DNA of 64,000 nucleotides. Source: Mobula hypostoma. Taxonomy: Eukaryota. The notes under the pieces are model-generated. The model was given only the letters and a program-made list of their open reading frames with translations, was not told where the DNA came from and ran no database searches. This document shows positions 1 to 12,100 of this stretch, piece by piece. A program made the translations under genes and the position numbers. The first letter of the stretch is position 1; each line of letters begins with the position of its first letter. The stretch spans positions 99,698,001 to 99,762,000 of the forward strand of contig NC_086097.1 in assembly GCF_963921235.1 (NCBI RefSeq). The letters run 5' to 3'.

Positions 1-665
1 TTGTCTACATGGACTTTAGTAAGGTATTTGATATCTATATCAATGATGTGGATGATAATGTGGTTAACTGGATCAACAACTCTGCTGATGACACCAAGAT
101 TGGAGATATAGTGGACAGTGAGGAAGGCTATCATGGCTTGCAGAGGGATCTGTGTCAGCTGGAAAAATGGACTGAAAAATGGCAGATGAAATTTAATGCA
201 GACAAGTGCAAAGTTTTGCATTTTGGTAGGACCAACCAGGGTAGGTCTTACACAGGAGATGGGATGTTATGTTGAGGTTGTGTAGGACATTGGTGAGGCC
301 TAATTTAGAGTATTTTATGCAGTTTTGGTCACCTACCTACAGGAAAGATGTAAACTAGGTTGAAAGAGTGCAGAGAAAATTTACAAGGGTGTTGCCAGGT
401 CTGTAGAACCTGAGTTATAAAGAAGTATTGAATAGGTTAAGACTGTATTGAGATTGAAAGGAGATTTGATAGAGATAGTTATGAGGGATAGAGAAAATTA
501 TGAGGGATATAGATAGCATAAATGCAAACAGGCTTTTTCCACAGAGATTGGAGGGACTACAACCAGAGGTCATGGCTTAAGGGTGAAAGGTGAGAAGTTT
601 AAGGGGAACATGAGGGGAAACTTCTTCACTCAAAAGGTTGTGAAAGTGTGGGATGAGCTGCCAGT
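1..665 (+). mobile_element. CR1-type LINE, degenerate 3' ORF2 (RT) fragment
   Basis: ORF 9-275 shows MDFSK, ADDTKIG and WQMKFNADKCKVLHFG; downstream DNA matches the CR1 end seen at 22137-22748, with stops and deletions. Confidence 0.9.
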
Positions 666-1119
666 TTATATCTTTTGTTAGTTTCTTTAGTTTGCTGTGG
701 TTCTGTTATTTGTCCTCTCTTCTCTGACACTACATCTCATTCTGGCAAGTTCTTTTACAATTCTATAAATTTTGTTTTCATCCCTCCACCAGGTGGAGCT
801 CTAACATTACATCTTTGGGTTTAATTAACGCAACACACATCAAAGTTGCTGGTTAACGCAGCAGGCCAGGCAGCATCTCTAGGAAGAGGTACAGTCGACG
901 TTTCAGTCATTTTACATCTGCAGTGCTCTTTTCATTACCTTATTGGTTATCATTTGACTGTATCATTAGAAAACTTTAATATCATGAAGATATATTTTAT
1001 TTTCATTAAAGTTAAATTTCTCTTTTATAGAGTATTGGATTATAAACCTGGGTTACATCAGATTTACTGTTGGAAGCTCTTCAAACTTCAGTTCATATTC
1101 AAAGTATTTGTTTACATGT

Positions 1120-1600
1120 CTCTTCTTATGGGTCCCTGCACATAGAGGTGCTAAGGGGAATGAGCGGGTTAATTGTTTAGCTAAAAAGAGCTGTTAAAAG
1201 TTCAACAGTGGATATAGAGTATAGGCCTTCCACTTAGCAAATCAGAATCTAAGGGGTTGGTAGGGTTGAGAATTAAGGGGCTATTGGCAAGAATTGTGGG
1301 ATAATGAGCACAGGAGAGACACCTTTAAAAATACATGAAACTGTTGGGTTGGCGAGAGAGGAGAGTAAAACAAGAAGGGAAGGAGTTTTATTGACTCAAT
1401 TTAGAATTGGGCATACTATGCTTAATTATTCCTTGTATCTCATTGGAAAACATCACTCTGGAGTGTATAGGTGTTGTCATCATTATGAAGCTGTTGAACA
1501 CATTCTATTACAGTGTGAAGCATATAATGTTGAAAGAAATCAAACGCGGGCTTCATTACTGTCTTTGGGGTTGATAGTTTTTAATAAGTCAGGAAAGTGA
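1120..1600 (+). mobile_element. Nimb/I-group LINE C-terminal fragment
   Basis: ORF 1304-1600 reads REGVLLTQFRIGHTMLN...EAVEHILLQCEAY, typical of the I/Nimb ORF2 C-terminus. Confidence 0.7.
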
Positions 1601-1944
1601 TGATACCCTCCTGTTAGACTGTTTGTGGTAACTTATTTTCATTCTTTCTACTTCTCTCCTAATATTTATACCTGTGCACTTGTAATGCTACTGTGACAAT
1701 GTAATTTCCTTTCGGATCAATTAAGTATCTATCTTTTAAAATTTTTGTTAGGTTATGGGGGTGACTTTAATTTAATTCACAGTATTGTCTTTCATTATTT
1801 TCCAGCTGTAGGGCTTTTTGGAGTAATTTAGCCTTCATTTGAAAGAGTAGTGAGAGTCCCCCTCCCCCCATCCCCGCCCCCACTCACTCCACTCCCGTTG
1901 GTGGTGGTAATGCATCTTTAAGTTGGACTGCCAGCCACCATAAA

Positions 1945-2972
1945 AAGTCAACCACATCTCTTCCATTTCACACACATCTGCCCTCCCTCCATCCTCCCAC
2001 CACCCCACTAGGCTCTGCACCCAGCACATAACTCTCCGTAACTTCTGCCATCTCCAGTGGGATCCCACCACTAAGCACATCTTTCCCTTCCTCCCCACTT
2101 TCTGCTTTCCACAGGGATCACTTCCTATGCAACTCCCTTGTCCATTCATCCCTGCCTCCTGGCACTTATCCTTGCAAGCGGAAAAGTGCTACACCTGTCC
2201 CTACACCTCTTCCCTCACTACCATTCAGAACCCCAAACTGTCCTTCCAGGTGAGATGACACTTCACCTGTGGATCTGTTAGGGTCATCTATTGTATCTGG
2301 TGCTCCCAGTGTGACATCTTGTATATCCATGAGACCAACGTGGACTGGGAGACATCTTCACCAAGCACCTACGCTCCATCCGCCAGAAAAAGTGGGACTC
2401 CCAATGGCCACCCATTTAAAATCCACTTCCCATTCCCATTCTGATATGTCTATCCATGGCCTCCTCTACTGTCGTGATGAGGCCACACTCAGGCTGAAGG
2501 AGCAACACCTTATATTCCATCTGGGTAGCCTCCAACCTGATAGCATGAACATCGATTTCTCAAACTGCCAGTAATGCCTCCCCCCTCCCCATTCCCATTT
2601 CCCTCTCACCTTATCTCCTTGCCTGCCCATCACCTCCCTCTGGTGCTCTTCCCATTTTTTTCTTTCTTCCATGGCCTTCTGTCCTCTCCAGTTAGATTCC
2701 CCCTTCTCCAGCCTTATATTTCTTTCACCAATCTACTTCCCAACTCTTTACTTCATCCCTCCCTCCCCCGATTTCACCTATTACCTTGTGTTTCTTCCTC
2801 CCCTCCCTCCATCCTTTTACTCTGATTCCTCATCTTTTTTCTTCAATCCTGCTGAAGAGTCTTGGCCCGAAGCATGAACCCTACTCTTTTCCATCGATGC
2901 TGCTTGACTTGTTGAGTTCCTCCAGCACTTTGTGTGTGTTGCTTGGACTTCCAGTGTCTGCAGACTTTCTCG
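1945..2972 (+). mobile_element. Penelope-like (GIY-YIG) element fragment with terminal repeat
   Basis: Degenerate GIY-YIG segment (RHFTC..GVIYCI.C; LKEQHLIFHLGSLQPDSMNIDFSN); similar copies at 36800, 42450, 55004 and 62080. Confidence 0.75.
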
Positions 2973-3101
2973 TTTGGAATTGGTGCCTTAGCAGAGTCAT
3001 TGTGTTGGTGCCTTGCAGTGTCGTTCAGTCGTTCCTCCGATGCTCTGTTGGTATTCCTATCTCTAACTTCTTGTTTCAGTCTCTTCATGGGGATCCTGCT
3101 G

Positions 3102-6100
3102 CCCTCCGCTCCTGAGTTCAGTCGTGAGCCTGTCACCCTCCGCTCCTGGGTCAAGTCATGAGCCTGTCACCCTCCGCTCCTGGGTCAAGTCATGAGCCAC
3201 TCGCCCTCCGCTCCTGGGTTCAGTCGTGAGCCTGTCACCCTCCGCCCCTGGGTCAAGTCATGAGCCACCCGCCCTCCGCTCCTGGGTTCAGTCGTGAGCC
3301 TGTCACCCTCCGCTCCTGGGTCAAGTCATGAGCCACCCGCCCTCCGCTCCTGGGTTCAGTCGTGAGCCTGTCACCCTCCACTCCTGAGTTCAGTCATGAG
3401 CCTGTCACCCTCCACTCCTGGGTTCAGTCGTGAGCCTGTCACCCTCCGCTCCTGAGTTCAGTCGTGAGCCTGTCACCCTCCGCTCCTGGGTCAAGTCATG
3501 AGCCACCCGCCCACCGCTCCTGGGTTCAGTCGTGAGCCTGTCACCCTCCACTCCTGGGTTCAGACGTGAGCCTGTCACCCTCCGCTCCTGTGTTCAGTCG
3601 TGAGCCTGTCACCCTCCGCTCCTGGGTCAAGTCATGAGCCACACGCCCTTCGCTCCTGGGTTCAGTCGTGAGCCTGTCACCCTCCGCTCCTGGGTTCAGT
3701 CGTGAGCCTGTCACCCTCCGCTCCTGAGTTCAGTCGTGAGCCTGTCACCCTCCGCTCCTGGGTCAAGTCGTGAGCCTGTCACCCTCCGCTCCAGGGTTCA
3801 GTCGTGAGCCTGTCACCCTCCGCCCCTGAGTTCAGTCGTGAGCCTGTCACCCTCCGCTCCTGGGTTCAGTCGTGAGCCTGTCACCCTCCGCCCCTGCCTG
3901 TCACCCTCCGCCCCTGAGTTCAGTCGTGAGCCTGTCACCCTCCGCCCCTGGGTTCAGTCGTGAGCCTGTCACCCTCCGCTCCTGGGTTCAGTCGTGAGCC
4001 TGTCACCCTCCGCTCCTGGGTTCAGTCGTGAGCCACCCGCCCTCCACTCCTGGGTCAAGTCGTGAGCCTGTCACCCTCCGCCCCCGGGTTCAGTCGTGAG
4101 CCTGTCACCCTCCACTCCTGGGTTCAGTCATGAGCCACACGCCCTCCGCTCCTGGGTTCAGTCGTGAGCCTGTCACCCTCCGCTCCTGAGTTCAATCGTG
4201 AGCCTGTCACCCTCCGCCCCTGGGTCAAGTCATGAGCCACCCGCCCTCCGCTCCTGGGTTCAGTCGTGAGCCTGTCACCCTCCGCTCCTGGGTCAAGTCA
4301 TGAGCCACCCGCCCTCCGCTCCTGGGTTCAGTCGTGAGCCTGTCACCCTCCACTCCTGAGTTCAGTCATGAGCCTGTCACCCTCCACTCCTGGGTTCAGT
4401 CGTGAGCCTGTCACCCTCCGCTCCTGAGTTCAGTCGTGAGCCTGTCACCCTCCGCTCCTGGGTCAAGTCATGAGCCACCCGCCCACCGCTCCTGGGTTCA
4501 GTCGTGAGCCTGTCACCCTCCACTCCTGGGTTCAGCCGTGAGCCTGTCACCCTCCGCTCCTGAGTTCAGTCGTGAGCCTGTCACCCTCCGCTCCTGGGTC
4601 AAGTCATGAGCCACACGCCCTTCGCTCCTGGGTTCAGTCGTGAGCCTGTCACCCTCCGCTCCTGGGTTCAGTCGTGAGCCTGTCACCCTCCGCTCCTGAG
4701 TTCAGTCGTGAGCCTGTCACCCTCCGCTCCTGGGTCAAGTCGTGAGCCTGTCACCCTCCGCTCCAGGGTTCAGTCGTGAGCCTGTCACCCTCCGCCCCTG
4801 AGTTCAGTCGTGAGCCTGTCACCCTCCGCTCCTGGGTTCAGTCGTGAGCCTGTCACCCTCCGCCCCTGCCTGTCACCCTCCGCCCCTGAGTTCAGTCGTG
4901 AGCCTGTCACCCTCCGCCCCTGGGTTCAGTCGTGAGCCTGTCACCCTCCGCTCCTGGGTTCAGTCGTGAGCCTGTCACCCTCCGCTCCTGGGTTCAGTCG
5001 TGAGCCACCCGCCCTCCACTCCTGGGTCAAGTCGTGAGCCTGTCACCCTCCGCCCCCGGGTTCAGTCGTGAGCCTGTCACCCTCCACTCCTGGGTTCAGT
5101 CATGAGCCACACGCCCTCCGCTCCTGGGTTCAGTCGTGAGCCTGTCACCCTCCGCTCCTGAGTTCAATCGTGAGCCTGTCACCCTCCGCCCCTGGGTTCA
5201 GTCGTGAGCCTGTCACCCTCCACTCCTGGGTCAAGTCATGAGCCACCCGCCCTCCACTCCTGGGTTCAGTCGTGAGCCACCGCCCTCCACTCCTGGGTCA
5301 AGTCGTGAGCCTGTCACCCTCCGCTCCTGGGTTCAGTCGTGAGCCTGTCGCCCTCCGCTCCTGGGTTCAGTCGTGAGCCTGTCACCCTCCGCTCCTGAGT
5401 TCAGTCGTGAGCCTGTCACCCTCCGCTCCTGGGTCAAGTCATGAGCCACCCGCCCTCCGCTCCTGGGTTCAGTCGTGAGCCTGTCACCCTCCACTCCTGA
5501 GTTCAGTCATGAGCCTGTCACCCTCCACTCCTGGGTTCAGTCGTGAGCCTGTCACCCTCCGCTCCTGAGTTCAGTCGTGAGCCTGTCACCCTCCGCTCCT
5601 GGGTCAAGTCATGAGCCACCCGCCCACCGCTCCTGGGTTCAGTCGTGAGCCTGTCACCCTCCACTCCTGGGTTCAGCCGTGAGCCTGTCACCCTCCGCTC
5701 CTGAGTTCAGTCGTGAGCCTGTCACCCTCCGCTCCTGGGTCAAGTCATGAGCCACCCGCCCTTCGCTCCTGGGTTCAGTCGTGAGCCTGTCACCCTCCGC
5801 TCCTGGGTTCAGTCGTGAGCCTGTCACCCTCCGCTCCTGAGTTCAGTCGTGAGCCTGTCACCCTCCGCTCCTGGGTCAAGTCGTGAGCCTGTCACCCTCC
5901 GCTCCTGGGTTCAGTCGTGAGCCTGTCACCCTACGCCCCTGAGTTCAGTCGTGAGCCTGTCACCCTCCGCTCCTGGGTTCAGTCGTGAGCCTGTCACCCT
6001 CCGCCCCTGCCTGTCACCCTCCGCCCCTGAGTTCAGTCGTGAGCCTGTCACCCTCCGCCCCTGGGTTCAGTCGTGAGCCTGTCACCCTCCGCTCCTGGGT

Positions 6101-9100
6101 TCAGTCGTGAGCCTGTCACCCTCCGCTCCTGGGTTCAGTCGTGAGCCACCCGCCCTCCACTCCTGGGTCAAGTCGTGAGCCTGTCACCCTCCGCCCCCGG
6201 GTTCAGTCGTGAGCCTGTCACCCTCCGCTCCTGGGTTCAGTCATGAGCCACCCGCCCTCCGCTCCTGGGTTCAGTCGTGAGCCTGTCACCCTCCGCTCCT
6301 GAGTTCAATCGTGAGCCTGTCACCCTCCGCCCCTGGGTTCAGTCGTGAGCCTGTCACCCTCCACTCCTGGGTCAAGTCATGAGCCACCCGCCCTCCACTC
6401 CTGGGTTCAGTCGTGAGCCACCGCCCTCCACTCCTGGGTCAAGTCGTGAGCCTGTCACCCTCCGCTCCTGGGTTCAGTCGTGAGCCTGTCGCCCTCCGCT
6501 CCTGTGTTCAGTCGTGAGCCTGTCACCCTCTGCTCCTGAGTTCAGTCGTGAGCCTGTCACCCTCCGCCCCTGGGTTCAGTCGTGAGCCTGTCACCCTCCG
6601 CTCCAGGGTTCAGTCGTGAGCCTGTCACCCTCCACTCCTGGGTGAAGTCGTGAGCCTGTCACCCTCCGCCCCTGGGTTCAGTCGTGAGCCTGTCACCCTC
6701 CGCTCCTGGGTTCAGTCGTGAGCCTCTCACCCTCCACTCCTGGGTTCAGTCATGAGCCTGTCACCCTCCACTCCTGGGTCAAGTCGTGAGCCTGTCACCC
6801 TCCGCCCCTGGGTTCAGTCGTGAGCCTCTCACCCTCCACTCTTGGGTCAAGTCATGAGCCACCCGCCCTCCACTCCTGGGTCAAGTCGTGAGCCTGTCAC
6901 CCTCCGCTCCTGGGTTCAGTCGTGAGCCACCCGCCCTCCGCTCCTGAGTTCAGTCGTGAGCCTGTCACCCTCCGCTCCTGGGTTCAGTCGTGAGCCTGTC
7001 ACCCTCCGCTCCTGAGTTCAGTCGTGAGCCTGTCACCCTCCGCCCCTGGGTTCAGTCGTGAGCCAGTCACCCTCCGCTCCTGGGTTCAGTCGTGAGCCTG
7101 TCACCCTCCGCTCCTGAGTTCAGTCGTGAGCCACCGCCCTCCACTCCTGGGTCAAGTCGTGAGCCTGTCACCCTCCGCTCCTGGGTTCAGTCGTGAGCCT
7201 GTCACCCTCCGCTCCTGACTTCAGTCGTGAGCCACCGCCCTCCATCCTGGGTTCAGTCGTGAGCCTGTCACCCTCCGCTCCTGGGTTCAGTCGTGAGCCT
7301 GTCACCCTCCGCTCCTGAGTTCAGTCGTGAGCCTGTCACCCTCCGCTCCTGGGTTCAGTCGTGAGCCTGTCACCCTCCGCTCCTGAGTTCAGTCATGAGC
7401 CTGTCACCCTCCGCTCCTGGGTCAAGTCATGAGCCACCCGCCCTCCGCTCCTGGGTTCAGTCGTGAGCCTGTCACCCTCCGCCCCTGGGTCAAGTCATGA
7501 GCCACCCGCCCTCCGCTCCTGGGTTCAGTCGTGAGCCTGTCACCCTCCGCTCCTGGGTCAAGTCATGAGCCACCCGCCCTCCACTCCTGGGTTCAGTCGT
7601 GAGCCTGTCACCCTCCGCTCCTGAGTTCAGTCGTGAGCCTGTCACCCTCCACTCCTGGGTTCAGTCGTGAGCCTGTCACCCTCCGCTCCTGGGTTCAGTC
7701 GTGAGCCTGTCACCCTCCGCTCCTGGGTTCAGTCGTGAGCCTGTCACCCTCCGCTCCTGGGTTCAGTCGTGAGCCTGTCACCCTCCGCCCCTGCCTGTCA
7801 CCCTCCGCCCCTGAGTTCAGTCGTGAGCCTGTCACCCTCCGCCCCTGGGTTCAGTCGTGAGCCTGTCACCCTCCGCCCCTGGGTTCAGTCGTGAGCCTGT
7901 CACCCTCCGCTCCTGGGTTCAGTCGTGAGCCTGTCACCCTCCGCTCCTGGGTTCAGTCGTGAGCCACCCGCCCTCCACTCCTGGGTCAAGTCGTGAGCCT
8001 GTCACCCTACACCCCCGGGTTCAGTCGTGAGCCTGTCACCCTCCGCTCCTGAGTTCAGTCGTGAGCCTGTCACCCTCCGCTCCTGGGTTCAGTCGTGAGC
8101 CTGTCACCCTCCGCCCCTGGGTTCAGTCGTGAGCCTGTCACCCTCCGCTCCTGGGTCAGGTCATGAGCCACCCGCCCTCCACTCCTGGGTTCAGTCGTGA
8201 GCCACCGCCCTCCACTCCTGGGTCAAGTCGTGAGCCTGTCACCCTCCGCTCCTGGGTTCAGTCGTGAGCCTGTCGCCCTCCGCTCCTGGGTTCAGTCGTG
8301 AGCCTGTCACCCTCCGCTCCTGAGTTCAGTCGTGAGCCTGTCACCTTCCGCCCCTGGGTTCAGTCGTGAGCCTGTCACCCTCCACTCCTGGGTCAAGTCG
8401 TGAGCCTGTCACCCTCCGCCCCTGGGTTCAGTCGTGAGCCTGTCACCCTCCGCTCCTGGGTACAATCGTGAGCCTCTCACCCTCCACTCCTGGGTTCAGT
8501 CATGAGCCTGTCACCCTCCACTCCTGGGTCAAGTCGTGAGCCTGTCACCCTCCGCCCCTGGGTTCAGTCGTGAGCCTCTCAACCTCCACTCCTGGGTCAA
8601 GTCATGAGCCACCCGCCCTCCACTCCTGGGTCAAGTCGTGAGCCTGTCACCCTCCGCTCCTGGGTTCAGTCGTGAGCCACGCGCCCTCCGCTCCTGAGTT
8701 CAGTCGTGAGCCTGTCACCCTCCGCTCCTGAGTTCAGTCGTGAGCCTGTCACCCTCCGCCCCTGGGTTCAGTCGTGAGCCTGTCACCCTCCGCTCCTGGG
8801 TTCAGTCGTGAGCCTGTCACCCTCCACTCCTGGGTGAAGTCGTGAGCCTGTCACCCTCCGCCCCTGGGTGCAGTCGTGAGCCTGTCACCCTCCGCTCCTG
8901 AGTTCAGTCGTGAGCCACCGCCCTCCACTCCTGGGTCAAGTCGTGAGCCTGTCACCTTCCGCTCCTGGGTTCAGTCGTGAGCCTGTCACCCTCCGCTCCT
9001 GAGTTCAGTCGTGAGCCACCGCCCTCCACTCCTGGGTTCAGTCGTGAGCCTGTCACCCTCCACTCCTGGGTTCAGTCGTGAGCCTGTCACCCTCCGCTCC

Positions 9101-12100
9101 TGAGTTCAGTCGTGAGCCACCGCCCTCCACTCCTGAGTTCAGTCGTGAGCCTGTCACCCTCCGCTCCTGGGTTCAGTCGTGAGCCTGTCACCCTCCGCTC
9201 CTGAGTTCAGTCGTGAGCCTGTCACCCTCCGCTCCTGGGTTCAGTCGTGAGCCTGTCACCCTCCGCTCCTGAGTTCAGTCATCAGCCTGTCACCCTCCGC
9301 TCCTGGGTCAAGTCATGAGCCACCCGCCCTCCGCTCCTGGGTTCAGTCGTGAGCCTGTCACCCTCCGCCCCTGGGTCAAGTCATGAGCCACCCGCCCTCC
9401 GCTCCTGGGTTCAGTCGTGAGCCTGTCACCCTCCGCTCCTGGGTCAAGTCATGAGCCACCCGCCCTCCACTCCTGGGTTCAGTCGTGAGCCTGTCACCCT
9501 CCGCTCCTGAGTTCAGTCGTGAGCCTGTCACCCTCCACTCCTGGGTTCAGTCGTGAGCCTGTCACCCTCCGCTCCTGGGTTCAGTCGTGAGCCTGTCACC
9601 CTCCGCTCCTGGGTTCAGTCGTGAGCCTGTCACCCTCCACTCCTGGGTTCAGTCGTGAGCCTGTCACCCTCCGCTCCTGGGTTCAGTCGTGAGCCTGTCA
9701 CCCTCCGCCCCTGCCTGTCACCCTCCGCCCCTGAGTTCAGTCGTGAGCCTGTCACCCTCCGCCCCTGGGTTCAGTCGTGAGCCTGTCACCCTCCGCCCCT
9801 GGGTTCAGTCGTGAGCCTGTCACCCTCCGCTCCTGGGTTCAGTCGTGAGCCTGTCACCCTCCGCTCCTGGGTTCAGTCGTGAGCCACCCGCCCTCCACTC
9901 CTGGGTCAAGTCGTGAGCCTGTCACCCTACGCCCCCGGGTTCAGTCGTGAGCCTGTCGCCCTCCGCTCCTGGGTTCAGTCGTGAGCCTGTCACCCTCCGC
10001 TCCTGAGTTCAGTCGTGAGCCTGTCACCCTCCGCCCCTGGGTTCAGTCGTGAGCCTGTCACCCTCCGCTCCTGAGTTCAGTCGTGAGCCTGTCACCCTCC
10101 GCTCCTGGGTTCAGTCGTTAGCCTGTCACCCTCCGCCCCTGCCTGTCACCCTCCGCCCCTGAGTTCAGTCGTGAGCCTGTCACCCTCCGCCCCTGGGTTC
10201 AGTCGTGAGCCTGTCACCCTCCGCCCCTGGGTTCAGTCGTGAGCCTGTCACCCTACGCTCCTGGGTTCAGTCGTGAGCCTGTCACCCTCCGCTCCTGGGT
10301 TCAGTCATGAGCCACCCGCCCTCCGCTCCTGGGTTCAGTCGTGAGCCTGTCACCCTCCGCTCCTGAGTTCAGTCGTGAGCCTGTCACCCTCCGCTCCTGG
10401 GTTCAGTCGTGAGCCTGTCACCCTCCGCCCCTGGGTTCAGTCGTGACCCTGTCACCCTCCGCTCCTGGGTCAAGTCATGAGCCACCCGCCCTCCACTCCT
10501 GGGTTCAGTCGTGAGCCACCGCCCTCCACTCCTGGGTCAAGTCGTGAGCCTGTCACCCTCCGCTCCTGGGTTCAGTCGTGAGCCTGTCGCCCTCCGCTCC
10601 TGGGTTCAGTCGTGAGCCTGTCACCCTCCGCTCCTGAGTTCAGTCGTGAGCCTGTCACCCTCCGCCCCTGGGTTCAGTCGTGAGCCTGTCACCCTCTACT
10701 CCTGGGTCAAGTCGTGAGCCTGTCACCCTCCGCCCCTGAGTTCAGTCGTGAGCCTGTCACCCTCCGCCCCTGGGTTCAGTCGTGAGCCTCTCACCCTCCA
10801 CTCCTGGGTCAAGTCATGAGCCACTCGCCCTCCACTCCTGGGTCAAGTCGTGAGCCTGTCACCCTCCGCTCCTGGGTTCAGTCGTGAGCCACCCGCCCTC
10901 CGCTCCTGAGTTCAGTCGTGAGCCTGTCACCCTCCGCTCCTGGGTTCAGTCGTGAGCCTGTCACCCTCCGCTCCTGAGTTCAGTCGTGAGCCTGTCACCC
11001 TCCGCTCCTGAGTTCAGTCGTGAGCCACCGCCCTCCACTCCTGAGTTCAGTCGTGAGCCTGTCACCCTCCGCTCCTGGGTTCAGTCGTGAGCCTGTCACC
11101 CTCCGCTCCTGAGTTCAGTCATGAGCCTGTCACCCTCCGCTCCTGGGTCAAGTCATGAGCCACCCGCCCTCCGCTCCTGGGTTCAGTCGTGAGCCTGTCA
11201 CCCTCCGCCCCTGGGTCAAGTCATGAGCCACCCGCCCTCCGCTCCTGGGTTCAGTCGTGAGCCTGTCACCCTCCGCTCCTGGGTCAAGTCATGAGCCACC
11301 CGCCCTCCGCTCCTGGGTTCAGTCGTGAGCCTGTCACCCTCCACTCCTGAGTTCAGTCATGATCCTGTCACCCTCCACTCCTGGGTTCAGTCGTGAGCCT
11401 GTCACCCTCCGCTCCTGAGTTCAGTCGTGAGCCTGTCACCCTCCACTCCTGGGTTCAGTCGTGAGCCTGTCACCCTCCGCTCCTGAGTTCAGTCGTGAGC
11501 CTGTCACCCTCCGCTCCTGGGTTCAGTCGTGAGCCTGTCACCCTCCGCCCCTGGGTTCAGTCGTGAGCCTGTCACCCTCCGCTCCTGGGTCAAGTCATGA
11601 GCCACCCGCCCTCCACTCCTGGGTTCAGTCGTGAGCCACCGCCCTCCACTCCTGGGTCAAGTCGTGAGCCTGTCACCCTCCGCTCCTGGGTTCAGTCGTG
11701 AGCCTGTCGCCCTCCGCTCCTGGGTTCAGTCGTGAGCCTGTCACCCTCCGCTCCTGAGTTCAGTCGTGAGCCTGTCACCCTCCGCCCCTGGGTTAACTCG
11801 TGAGCCTGTCACCCTCTACTCCTGGGTCAAGTCGTGAGCCTGTCACCCTCCGCCCCTGGGTTCAGTCGTGAGCCTGTCACCCTCCGCCCCTGGGTTCAGT
11901 CGTGAGCCTCTCACCCTCCGCTCCTGGGTTCAGTCGTGAGCCACCCGCCCTCCGCTCCTGAGTTCAGTCGTGAGCCTGTCACCCTCCGCTCCTGGGTTCA
12001 GTCGTGAGCCTGTCACCCTCCGCTCCTGGGTTCAGTCGTGAGCCACCCGCCCTCCGCTCCTGAGTTCAGTCGTGAGCCTGTCACCCTCCGCTCCTGAGTT

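Noticed and set aside
1031..1103. Possible isolated exon (ttttatag…gtattt)
   Set aside because: No recognisable protein in any frame, a weak donor and no partner exons
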